DNA of 64,000 nucleotides from Oopsacas minuta (Eukaryota > Animalia > Porifera). Both the position numbers and the translations under genes were made by a program. Shown piece by piece: positions 34,670-54,800 of this stretch (positions within the stretch are counted from its first letter, which is position 1; every line of letters starts with the position of its first letter). Under the pieces are notes generated by a model, which was given only the letters and a program-made list of their open reading frames with translations, did not search any database and was not told the DNA's origin. Location: positions 1 to 64,000 of the forward strand of contig JAKMXF010000277.1 in the NCBI GenBank assembly GCA_024704765.1, read 5' to 3'.

Positions 34670-37600
34670 ATGAAGCCTACACGTACAGGCAAGAAATCAC
34701 TAATCAGCAATCTATCAAGCAATAAGCTAATAACCTCTCTGAGCAAGACAGCTGCTCCTTCAGATGTTAATCTAGCTAGAAAACCGAGTATGTATATTAG
34801 TACTGATGTAGGAGATGACCAAGATGAAGCATGGATGCAAACTAAGGTTATTATTACTACACTAAACTCCCGTTACATAGAACACATATGTAGCTATACC
34901 CGCTTATATGAAGTCTTAAATTCTACAAATATGGTCTCAAACCTTCAAAGAAACATATATTGTATCGTTTATATTAAACTCTACGTATATCGAAGGAATT
35001 CACAGTATTTGATTATATAAACTGTAAAATTCTCTTTTAATACAATTCAGTGTGTTCATTTAATAGCAAGTAGTATTTTACACGAATTTCCTTGCTAACA
35101 TGTGAACACCACTAGCTATTATATTAATATCTGTTTACAGGTTCTTTTGAAGCCTCCAGATCAATTAACACTGAGTGAGCAAGAACTGAAGGAAGAACAT
35201 ACTAGAATGTTGACAGCTAATAATCCCAGAGCTCCCAGCAACCCGATACGCTTTAGCTTTAAAGACAGTGCTTATAAGCCTGTAACACAGGTAAATACAT
35301 ACAGTATATAACTTTGTAATTATTATAGCGGAAAGTATTACTTTAAATATGCAAATATCCCTGAATTCATAATTCTCAGAGTTGTGTGTAATTTCGCTAT
35401 TATATTTGGTATGATACTTTCATTATAGGTTGATAATGTAGCAGTACTATTCCATATGGATACAAACCTATTACATAAAGATAGTGATGAAGGTAAACGT
35501 CAGTTAGAGAAAGAAGGGACAACAGAGGGTGCTACTGAGACAGGGGAGACACGAACAGCTGATTCTAATGGTCCTAAGATACAGAACCAGTTCAACTATT
35601 CGGAGCGTGCAGCCCAGACCCTAAATCATCCTCCTAGAGACAGAGAGACCATGACAGATCCTCCACCTCGTCTGAACTTCAACGGTTCTGTAAGTCAGTG
35701 GGAAATACATGATGCTTATGTAGAAGATATCAAGAGACAGAAGTTGAGCAAGGAGAAGAGCAAAACTACCAAATTCCATGTAATTTTAATATCTACAGTA
35801 TCTCTGTGGTTTTGACGAAATCGGTCCATATATGCTTATCAGATATTTAACCATGGATGGTGGATTCCGTTTATTTCTCCAAATGAAATAGAATAACATC
35901 CATGGTTAATATCTAATATACCATTTCGTCATAACAAATACTAATATGCAGAGATTTTCCTATATATCCATGGTCCAATATTACCAATTAACTATTACAG
36001 GTTAAAGATGAGCCAAAGAAGCGTGGATTATCAACCATGGATGAGATAGAATCAGATGAGCTACAAAAAGTATCAGGAGGCCTCTCTATACTAGAACGAA
36101 TGGTTAATCAGAATACATATGATGATATATCACAGGATTTCAAGTATTGGGAAGATGCAGGAGATGAATTTAGATCTGGACAAGGGTCTCTACTGCCTCT
36201 ATGGAAATTGTCTTATGAAAAGGCTAGGAAGTATTCAGTTACTTCTCTCAAATGGAATAGTAAATACAAAGGTCAGCACTTGTGTATAATATTCTAGAAT
36301 TATCAGTCAACTCCCGTTATGTCGAAGCTCAAGGGATCGCGATAATTACTACGATATGACAGTTGAAATATGTGTTGCTTTGACGGTTTATGGCCATATT
36401 TGTACAATTCAATATGTGTTTGGTATAACGGGAATTAACTGTACAATACTCCAATAGAATACAAATATACATTAATTCCAACCAAACCTCTATCATATAG
36501 ACTTCCTAGCGGTTGGTTACGGTTCTCATAGCTTTATGAATGATAAAGGAGGTCTCCTATGCTTCTACACGCTAAAGAACCCCAGCTTCCCCGAGTTTAT
36601 ATTCCAATCAGAGAGTGGTATAGCCTCGCTTGACAATGATACAAATGATTACAATCTGATAGCAGTAGGTTATTATTCCGGGAATGTAGCTGTATACGAT
36701 TTAGCTCAGTCTAAAGAGGATAATCCTGTATATTTCTCCACGGCACTTACCGGTAAACATTCTGATCCTGTATGGCAGGTAGCCTGGCAGAAACCTGATC
36801 CTGACGGGTTTCTAAATTTCTATTCAATATCAAGTGATGGCGTTATAAAGGTAAGAATGCTATTGTTATATGCTTATTAGATATCTAACCATGGATACTG
36901 GATTTAGTATATCTGCTTGGATGTGTTCTTCATCATTTTGAGGCACTCCTCGCTTGGTTGGAGGTTATAACATACGATATTCCAAATTCACCATCCATGG
37001 TTATATATCTAATAAGCATATAGAAGGGCCAATTCCGTCAAAAGACTTGCCATTTATTCCTATTATCTATGGTCCAACTTTTATAATTTATCTGTATAAC
37101 TTTAGACTTGGACTTTAATGAAGAATGAGCTACAACACGCAGAGGTAATACAATTAAGAGTAGAAGGACAGAAACTGGTAGGACCTAGCGGTGTAGAATC
37201 TGAGTTGTTAGGCTGCGGAACTTGTTTTGACTTCTGTAAGAAGTTGGACTATATTTTCTTAGGTAAATTTATTATTGATTAGCATAGCAGATCCTTATAG
37301 ACTATGGTAACTTCCATATAAGGAAATAATGGCAATAATGCTGTATTTGGCGAAAATTATATGTTTATATATTAATTAATCATGGATGGTGGATATCTAT
37401 ATCTTATGTTATATACAAATTCCCCTCCAATCAAGCTAGGAGTGCTCAAAATGATACAACATCCAACCAGATATACTAAATCCAGCATCCATGGTTAAGT
37501 AATTAATAAGCATATTTTTTTAATAATAATCGTTGATGAAAATCATGGATAAGTTACCGCAATCATATGTAACACATTTCTTGCTAGTTGGTACAGAAGA

Positions 37601-38320
37601 AGGCCGAGTACACAAATGCTCTAAGACTTACATCAACCAATACCTAGACACAGCACATGCACATAACATGACTATATACAGTTTAAAGATTAACCCCATA
37701 CACCCTAGCGTATTTCTAACTTGCTCAGCTGATTGGGCCGTTAAAGTATGGAATCATGCTGAACTGGAGGTCGGACCGTTGTTCACCTTTGACCTTAACA
37801 GTCCTGTAGCTGACGCTACCTGGGCTCCGTATGCTAGTACTGTGTTTGCTGCTTGTACTATTGATGGCTTTGTTTATGTGTATGATCTTAATATCAACAA
37901 ATATGCTCCTTTATGTAAACAGCAGGTGTGTCAGTATTTATTTATTTATTGCCAGATCATCGACAAAGTTCATAGATTTTGGCTCTGGCATGAAGTTTAT
38001 GATATGAACTTTATGGTGACATCATCTGGCAATGATAGATACACAATAATACATTCTTATTTTAGATTCTACAAGGCAAGAAAAGTAAACTAACTCGTCT
38101 CGTATTCAACCCTTACTTCCCAGTGCTAATAGTTGCAGATGACAGAGGAACTCTATACAGCTTCAAGCTCAGCCCGAATCTGCGAAAAGTTGAGATCGAA
38201 AAGAACCGCAGTGAGGAATCTGAAATGGTAAAAATGGAGAAATTAATCGCATTTATCCTAGAGCCTCTTCTCGTAAAGCAAAGACAGAGTTCTGCACCGG
38301 CAATACCTGTACAGACCTAA
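34670..38320 (+). CDS. DNAI1: Outer-arm dynein intermediate chain 1 (WD40), multi-exon
   Basis: [76 protein letters not shown] and [15 protein letters not shown] are diagnostic DNAI1/IC78 blocks. Confidence 0.93.
36867..37022. mobile_element. MITE (family D) with 30-bp TIR in a DNAI1 intron
   Basis: TATATGCTTATTAGATATCTAACCATGGAT vs reverse complement of 36993-37022 (29/30). Sibling copies at about 35829-35920 and 37362-37515. Confidence 0.85.
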
Positions 38321-39763
38321 TATATACGTGTATACTTGTGTAACTACTTGTAGTGCTCCTAGTTATGTATCACATTGTTATAATCATATTATAATCTCTA
38401 TCTATCTCTCGAGCTGTTAGTTTTAATTTATGAGCTTTATGGGTTAGGGGCGGTCAGGTTTCATTTCTATGACGTAATAATGGACATAGAATCACATCTA
38501 GTAATAATTATTGATTATAAGATGTATGACTAACAAAATTGTGACGTCACATTGATAGATAAACAGTCAATTATGATAGATTAACTTTGATTCAGGAAAC
38601 CTCCATAAACCGGGCCTGTGGAAACAGAGTGAAAATACATATCCGAATTCCTAGTTCCATACAAACGAGTTAGAATTTTTCGACTTCCTGACACCCTGTT
38701 ATGGAGATTACACTGTAACCTTAAAATAACTCTCAACAAGATATAAAATCCAAACAATCTCTCAGAGGAGTTACAAATGAGTTAAATACTTCCTTGTAGC
38801 CAAGTATATGTTGTATGAGGTTAGTAATAAATGAGTTAATGATTGTGCATTAATTGAGCTTATTAATGTGGTTTAATGCAATTTCCATAGTTTATTCGCC
38901 ACTGAATAATCATTTTGTGATAAAATCATGGAGATATTGCGGTCAGCTGTACGATTGGCATATACACCAGCTGTAGATGAATACTTTCAATATATTTGTA
39001 TATGTAAGGCAGTGTAATAGTGATAGCTGTACATGTAAGTGTATGTTCAATTACGCGAAAAGTAGACTGCTATGTTTCTCTTACTGATGAAAGAACAATT
39101 TTGGCCAGTTATGTATTTTGTTGTTGTTGTTGTTGTTGATGATAGCTTAAAGTTGTGATCAATGAACACGCCTTATAATTCCTATACAATCCAAATATCT
39201 TCTATCTAGAAAGATACCAAGAAATTCAAAGGAATGTTCTCTGATAATAATTCAAAATTTCAATATCATTGAGTATAATTTAATTATTAACCGCCAAATT
39301 ATATTCCAGACTATGGCAGAGCTGATAATAACTAGTTGCAATAGCAGTAATTATTGTGGCTAATTGTTAACATTATTCATCCTACCCATACCGAGATATC
39401 CGCACAGATAACCAAATATGTGGAAAACTTTGAGTACTTTGAACTTTCCTAATACAGCTCTTCCTGGAATATTGTACAGTGTATGCTGGTTATAAGAACA
39501 CTCTTGGGAGTAGCCATACATGTTCTTATAACCGGCACAAATATACAGGAATATATGAGAACCGTTTTCCAGAGGATAGTGCGTATATCCGGCATGTTGT
39601 TATAACATCCGTGTATGCGATTTATCCCTGGTCCAGAAGAGCTAAATACACACAGAGACTCAACTGACTCATTCCAATATACATGATAGATTTGAATAGG
39701 AATATAATGCAGAGAAGAGAGATAGGCATCGTAACAATGTATAGAGCTTCTATAGAATTATTC

Positions 39764-39971
39764 TGTGGTCTTTCACAATTGCTATGTAAAAACCACAGTA
39801 TATAAACATTGTACTAGTGCTTTGAAAACAATCTCATTCCATATTTTGGTTATTCTGACATGCTTAGAAGGATTTCTCTACTCTTATTGTGATTCGTCTC
39901 TATCATCCAATATTTATTGTGGTTTTTATCAAAATTCTATTTACCACAAATTTGTTAACCAAACTTTTCAA

Positions 39972-39996
<25 letters not shown>
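39764..39996. promoter_or_regulatory. Cluster of RUNX consensus sites (TGYGGT) at the Runx start
   Basis: TGTGGT 39764, AACCACA 39791, TGTGGTTT 39918, ACCACA 39943 and TGCGGTTT 39989 (in exon 1). ATG is at 39972. Confidence 0.55.
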
Positions 39997-46732
<6,736 letters not shown>

Positions 46733-47712
46733 TCTCCCACCCCAGTCAAATAGCATTGAAATATTATACAACAGAATTTTCATTATTTTTATCAATGATC
46801 AAGTATATTGTGTTTAATGCTTGCTATTGCAATCGCGCTTCTTCCCATGTTTTTATGCTATAATGTATATGGCACTGCTTAATTAAGCTAGCGACCTGCT
46901 TAAAGTGGTTCTCGTTTTTATGCACATTCACACAATAATATGGTCACTTAGGATGTACATATGTTCATTGGCATATAAGCAATAGAACAACACAACATTA
47001 ATATTATTATTTCCTGTACACACATAAATGTTTGTTTTTCATAAAATATTCTTTGTCAGTAATTAAATGTTAATATTTGTATCGCTGTAACTACTTGATC
47101 ATTAAAATCTGTGCTCTATCTATTTATCAAGGTTTTGCAAATCTCAAATATGAAAAATACCGACAAATATTTGGATAATATTTATGATATTATTTGAGAA
47201 TCTGATTTTCTCCATATTTTCGATATTTTTCGATTTTTTGTAAATCTCGATATTAATATTCCATAGATACCAGAATGTATAATTCTTTCATTTCCGATAT
47301 ATCAGTACAAACTAGAATTTATTTATCTATTAAATTAACTAATTGATTAGATCAACAACAAACAACATAACCTCTATCAAAACAATAACAAAAAGACATA
47401 CGAATCCATAAATAATTGCAAGAGCCATTACTGCAAGCAATAGGATAAACTATACGTTATCTATTGGAGCTAAACTTACCAGAAATATTTGATATTTGCT
47501 CTATTTGATTACAATAAGATAGCTATAATGTTAGGTAATGTATGTAATGAATGAACTATGATGTAACACAAGCTCAAGAAATAAATTTACGGCATTAGGT
47601 TACAAGGGAGTGGTGTGCTATTTGTATAGTAGGGACAATCCCATTATATGCTCAATACGAGGTTTAGTTATATAAGGCAGATACTGTAGTGATTTATTTA
47701 GCACATTTTGTA

Positions 47713-50700
47713 ATGGTAGATACTACAAAGTCAGTGGAAAGCCAATTGAGAGCGGTTCAAGCAGAGCTTAAAGAGTATAAAGATGAGAATGCTCAGTTGA
47801 AAGCAGACTTACGTAAATGTAAGGATGTGCTAGTAGAGCTGGGGATAGGAGTAAAGAAACTATCTACTGATCCCAAAAAGACCAAGATTAAGGTGATCAT
47901 AATATATAAAATTCTCAAATATTTTTCTAGTTTATTCAACTGAATTTTCCCTCGATTTACGGCTGGTTATTCTACATAATGAAATGAATATCCTCTAGCT
48001 ATTAAATAACGAAAATTCATTGCTGACGTTACCGCTTACATAAAGTGAAACGTCAACAGAGAGGCCTGTGGAAACGGAGTGAATAATGACTACAGCGAAT
48101 TCTTAGTCGCATACGAATGAACTTCCATAAACTTGGTATCATTTTTCGGTCCTGTTTGAGGAGGATACACTGTATTTGGAATATTCGATGCTATATAAGT
48201 TTGTTCATGTACATTATTATTTGTGAATATTTCCTTTTAAGGTTAAGAAACCAGGTATATCTGCTGAAACAACCAAAGAGATACAGATAGACAACTTCAA
48301 GATAGTTAAAATACCAAAAGATGAGCAGGAATTGAACTTAATAGAACGTGGTATTACCAATAACAATCTGTTAGGACATCTTAATAGGAAGCAGATAAGG
48401 GCTATAGGCGATTATATGACTGTACGGAACTTCTCTCAGGGAGCAGCTATTTGTAGAGAAGGTAGAGTTAAAATTGTCCAAGGCACACCCATTATTTGGA
48501 TTTCAACTTGTATACATGCCAACCTCTTATAAAATTGCATTTCTTGTAAATGCCTTCAGCGTTGACAAATATGAACATGTATAACCCATACGATATATAT
48601 TAAAACAATATAATAGGTGAGAATGGAGATTTTCTATATGTCATATCCACTGGCTGTGTCTCAGTAACAAAAGGCGGTGAACATTATGGATTCATGGAGA
48701 CTCCACAGTCATTTGGAGAGTTAGCTATTCTCTACAATTGTCCTAGAACTGCAACCATTACTGCAACAACACCAGTTACATTATGGGCCCTTGAGAGACG
48801 TGCATATAAGAAAATAATGCATGAAACCGATTCGGATATGCTGAACGAAAGAACAGAGTTCTTAACTCGTAAGTTTCTCAGGAGTTCCATGTCTAATTAC
48901 CCAGAATAATCAATCTTTTCTATAGAGGCACCAATATTCAAGAATTTGAATAAAAATGAGATTTCAAAACTAGCCTCAGTTTTGGAAGAAGAATTCTTCA
49001 AAGAAAATGAAGTAATTGTCAGGCAAGGAGCAGTAGGGAACACATTCTATCTTATTAAAGATGGTCATTGTAAAGTTACAGAGCTAGATGAGAGTAGCCA
49101 GGTAATAAAAGTTAAAGATAAAAAATCCTTACGACGGTAATTGCGCTTGTAATCTGAAAGTTTCATTTGCAATTCTCTGATCCAAAATGTAATGTGTACC
49201 AATTTTATGCTAATTGGACTGTTAGATTTCGCACGGCAGCGCGGACGGACTTACGAAAAAGTATGTTCGGCATAGTCCTATGTATTTACAAACACTATCC
49301 AACTTTTGTAATTTTACAATTAATTCCAGAAAGAAAACACTCTTACAACACTAAAACAAGGCAATTACTTCGGAGAGATTGCATTATTACAACCAAACCC
49401 AGTCAGAACAGCTACAGTAAAAGCAATCACAAAAGTCCATCTATTCTCACTTGAAAAAGAGTATTTCCAAAAGCTAATAGGTGTACTTCCTGAAGAGAAC
49501 AGATCTATACTACACAGAGCTCTATCTGAAGTAATGAAACCTGAGAAATCAGATCATATAGCTATTAATATATCTAATGTTAAGAAGCTAGGAATAATGG
49601 GACAGGGTGCTTACGGCACTGTATACCTCTGTAGTATTGTTGGTAAGTATAAATACTCAATGTAATTGTTGGAGCTGATTACTTTCAGATGATTACGATT
49701 ACTATTACGATTACAATTACAATTTATTAATTTCGAACCATTACAATTACAATTACAATTACACTCTACAATTTTCAAGTGATTATAATTACGATTACAA
49801 TAAGGATTACACTTGCAAATACATTCTATAACTTTTAAGCGATTAACATTACAATTACGATTTGATTACAGGGAAAAGTGTAATCAATTACAATTGTAAT
49901 CGTAATTTCAAATATATATTCTTCACAATCTACAGGTATTCAGCAAGTACAACAAAATCAAATATTCGCATTAAAACAGCTTAAGAAACAGCGTATAGTA
50001 GACGCACATCAAGAGGAACACGTCTTAAATGAGAAATCTGTAATGCAACAGTGCAGCTCGCATTTCATATGCCAACTCTACTTAACTTTCAAAGACACAA
50101 AATGTATTTATATGCTAATAGAGCCTTGTATTGGAGGAGAGGTATGGACAACCATGAGAGACCGGGAGAAATTCTCTCCTGAGACTGCACGATTCATAAC
50201 AGCATGTTGTATTGAAGCAATTGAGTATTTGCATAGGAAGGGAATAATTTACAGAGATATGAAACCGGAAAACTTACTATTTGATAGGTAAGTTATGTAC
50301 AAACATTTGTTTAAGGTATTCGAGTATGTAGATTTGAATTTCCAAATCTACATAATTTATGATATCATTAATCATATTTTCACACCTTTTAAGGGAGGGC
50401 TATGTAAAGCTCACAGACTTTGGTTTCGCAAAGAAGATCGGTTATGGGACATTAACATGGACATTCTGCGGTACAAATGAATACATGGCTCCAGAGATTA
50501 TTCTTAATCAGGGTCATTCTTATGCAGTAGACATTTGGTGTATTGGGATTCTTATTTTTGAGTTGTTGACTGGTCGGCCCCCATTTGAGAGTGCAGACCC
50601 TAGGAGGTTGTATAACATGATACTGACAGGTGAGCTATGATATCCATTGTTACACACGTATACTTGCTTACTAGTCTCTCGGAACTTTCGACAAATACCT

Positions 50701-51145
50701 GGATTCCATAAAATAGCAGTTTCAGGAAATTATTTGGGAAAGGTACATAAATTTGCAAAATTTTGAATCTCTAATTCTTTCCTGGATTTCTTGAAACTTA
50801 AATAATTATATGATACTTATCCCGTTAACCCCTTCAGGTATTGATGCAGTCAATTTCCCTTGGACAATTCAAGCAGCAGCTAAAAACCTTATAAAGGCCC
50901 TAGCCCGTATGAAACCAATAGATCGCCTCGGGTACCAAAAGGAGGGCCTAGAGGCAATACGTCGGCACCGTTGGTTCCAAAGCTTTGACTGGCCAAGCCT
51001 CAAAAACAAGACTCATCCTCCGCCCTTACATCCCGTCACAAGTAGTGATCGGGACCTGAGAAATTTCGATCCGAATATTACTGATAATCTGATTGATATG
51101 GATCAAATACCTGAAGAGACTTCTGGTTGGGACGCAGACTTTTAG
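47713..51145 (+). CDS. PRKG1: cGMP-dependent protein kinase, multi-exon
   Basis: Leucine-zipper N-terminus, pseudosubstrate-like KKPGISAET, two cNMP domains ([33 protein letters not shown]), kinase [29 protein letters not shown], tail SGWDADF. Confidence 0.93.
49691..49906. repeat. ATTAC(A/G) hexamer array with inverted copies, in a PRKG intron
   Basis: Repeated ATTACG/ATTACA units, with reverse-oriented GTAATC units at 49880-49906. Possibly a TIR-element remnant. Confidence 0.7.
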
Positions 51146-51852
51146 TATTATTTGTATAGGTTGCATAGATTGTATATATTTATTTCTTTTATTCTCATTT
51201 TATTTGTATTTACACTTTTGTATACTCCTATTAGTAATGATGTATATTTTGATTTTCAATAAAGATACAAGTCCGTATGTATCTTTAGATTTTAAGATAT
51301 ATATTCCTGAAGCTTGTATCATGTCTATACGTTACAGAGATATACGTACAATATAGAACACGCATATATTGAAGTCTGAAAATGTACAAATATGCTTCCA
51401 AACCCTCAAAGTAACAGAGATATTATCGGTTGTATGTAATTCTGTTTATTTCGAAGTAAATATCACGATCCCATTAGCTTCGTTATAACTGGAGTTGACA
51501 GTACAAATAAACTAACTTTTGGAAGTTATTAGTGCATAAATCACCATCAATAGCATTAGACAATAGCCTAGCCTAAGATCTCAAACCTCCTGCCCCCGCC
51601 CCGGGTTGGCGCCTATATGCTACCCTTAATCTCTCCAAATTCTACATATATAACATACAAATAATTTATTGAACTAATTGACAACTGAATGGAATTAAAA
51701 TTTCCTTAATCAACATGAGATGACCAGCAAATAACTCAAATATTATGTTCATAATGTAAAAAGATCTTTGGTGTGAATTATGTGTTGAAATATTACTGTA
51801 AATTGAGAGTATATGTATTTACATGCAAGATATTGAAAAACAAAAGTTAGAA

Positions 51853-54800
51853 TTATTTCACTATAGGTGAAGGATCATTATTAGTGCTTGTATTGGTTTG
51901 TAACACATCATGGGGGATAGTAGGCAGATATGTTGACATTTGTACATAAGGAGCATTAGGGAATTGTCTGAAGTCATAATTAGGATAGTAATTCTGTAGC
52001 GAGGCGGGGAGAGAGCCTGTGCCGAGGGGCCATATCATTGTCTGGGGGCGTGGAGCAGGTGAGGGGGACTGCTGTACAAAATCGACTGTAGCATTCGGAT
52101 GGTGCAAATTCGGATCGTATGAGAAGAAAGGACTTGTGGGGCTATCACCAGTGGTTATAGGTGTGCGAGACTGTGGCAATTCTAGCGCGTCTGGGGGTGC
52201 TGGGTGCGTGTGTTCACTTGGAGGAGATTTCATTGATGATATACTGTTGTTGTCAACTAAAATGAGAAAATCTGTAAACATAGAAATAAAATTTCTTCGA
52301 AAATACTAATTCAGTGTAACCTCCACAAGTGGGCTGCTGGGAGCCCGACAAATGCTCCCTCATTTCTGCCAAATTCCCCGTTTTTGAGGTTCATTTGCAT
52401 GGGACAAGGAATTCTCTTTTTTCAGAAGTTGCCCGTTTCCACAAGCTCCGGTCATGGTGGTTACACTCTATATCAGCAGTTAATTCTTAATTAATTTATA
52501 TAGACAATTTCCTGTGTGATATTTCGCAGATTACTTATAATTACTCTCAACAGTTGTTCTATTATGTGACAAATTAGACAAATTTCTGTCATATGTCATC
52601 AACGAAACATTATCTCATCTATAATATTCCTCTCCAATGATTCTTAATGGAGAATTGAGTTTCGATAAAATCGATAAAAACCTTAGAATTTCTGATTTCA
52701 GTTAAGATTCATCAGCCTTACTTATCAGTAACAGAAAATACTCTGAACAATTGGTGAAAGAATTGTGCGGCTCCTATCATCACAATTTCCAAATTATACT
52801 ACAGATTATATTTCCTATTATAATACAGAAGTCAAGGGTCATTTAACAATGCGGTTACAATTGTATTATATTGCATTCACGTTGTAGTGTAACTTTCTGG
52901 TTTCATCTATGTGTTGAGATTTGAGCTTCAAGAAAGTGCACCAGGGTTTGTTTGTCATCGGACAAAAGGCTTTGAGGGTATATGAGGCAACTAATGCAAT
53001 TTTAGTGACTCTGAATATCATATTTACAATCATTAAAATAATTTCCCGTGGTTTTACTAGGATAAATTCTGGGATATTCGACAAATTCCCTGAATTTCGA
53101 AGTTTTACATACATAAATAGCTTTTTCAGGGAATTATTTGGGAGAAAAAAAACACACAAATTTGCAAATATTTCCCTGTATTTCTTGTAAATGCCCGGGA
53201 TAATCCAAGTACAAATATTGTAATTAGGTGTGAAACCATTGTAAAGCAAATTTGACTTGTATTTTCTAAATAAAACATTTCTCCATTACATCACCACCAG
53301 GATTTCTAAATTTATCAAAAGTATTCACATGATATAAATCTCTGATATTGTCACATAACCTTAGATTAGCTATCAGCTGATTAATATTATTGAATTGAAA
53401 GGCCGACAGTTTGACTATAGTCACTATCTAGTGAAGCCTGCAAACTTTCAAATTACTAACAGATTGGTTCATCTCCTTACCATTATCGTACAACTTTTAT
53501 TCATGAATATTTTGCACTATTGACTGCGATTATAGCTGGCATGGTCTAGCCAATTTTAATCCAAAATGTGATCGTGGAAATGTTTGTTATGTTGCTTCTG
53601 GTAAATTGTATTTAAATGGCTTACTGAAGGATTATGAATCGATTTATATCCACGAATGATGTAACTGATAATCCGATAGTTTAATGTATTATGTGCCGTT
53701 CCAAAAAGACTTAATTTTGCTCATTAATAATAGTTTCAAAATCTCGGTTATCTCCCCCATTCCGTAAATGCCATTTGCATAATCTGGTTACCATGGCAAT
53801 GCACGCAATCAAATTACTAGAAATGTGTTACAATTCCCATATGATCATTGCTCCAATCAAGTCTATTGTATGATTTGCTTGTGGAAAATACTGAATTAAT
53901 AATGAATTGCGTTTAGCACATAGATACAAATAATGACCTATTTTTTATCTAATATAGAATTGTTGAGAAATCTATTAATTGATATACATGCAGGTGATTA
54001 TTGCGGGCATAGGGAATGGTACATATTTTCACAGCAATCCATTTCTAATGCTACCTTAAAATGTTCAATTCGATCAGCTGATTTAGTGGTTCACAATAAA
54101 ATCCTAATTGAAGTGTTTGAAGTTTAACATTGTTGTGAATTGTACTAATGCGATTAACGCTAGCTGATGTAAAATTGAGAATCTTAGAGATTCTTGTATT
54201 TCTCATCCATCTGGCAAAAGTAGAATATACCTTATTGAAAATTATAAGAATTCGCTCTGTCAGGAGATTTCGGTTTGACAGCTGTGTATGAAATCTATCA
54301 ATGTATTTTCATTTTATTTTATTGCTGTATTCTTAATTTCTAAATTAAAGGTGATGACAATATTTAATCATAAATCAAGCTCTCTTTGTAGTTATTAAGT
54401 TTCTTGTGTAATTTTGTATGAGTGAATAACCTGTGTAAATTAGAGCAAGGAATACAGTTATAGAACTTACCCATAGCTTTAGAATCCTGTCTTAAAGGTT
54501 GGTTAGATACCGTGGGATACGGTGCATGTCTGTGTCCTCTAATGCTATACCTCGGGTCATGCAGTGTAGCATATTGTCCCTCTAACAGGGTCTGATTCAT
54601 AGCGTATGGTACACCAGGGAGATGGCCCATTCTTGTTGGGGTGATGGGCATATTGTGCATGTTAGGAACTCCGTTGATTGGCATACCAAACCAACCTATT
54701 AAGTAAACACAGTATATATAAATTCCTTCATTTTGAATGAGAGTTATTTCAATATTTTCGGTTTTCAATGTATTCAATTCCAAACAAAATTTCCCGAAAA

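Noticed and set aside
53787-53800. RFX X-box-like GTTACCATGGCAAT in a Brachyury intron
   Set aside because: Single near-match far from the ciliary gene starts, with no supporting cluster; cannot be distinguished from chance.
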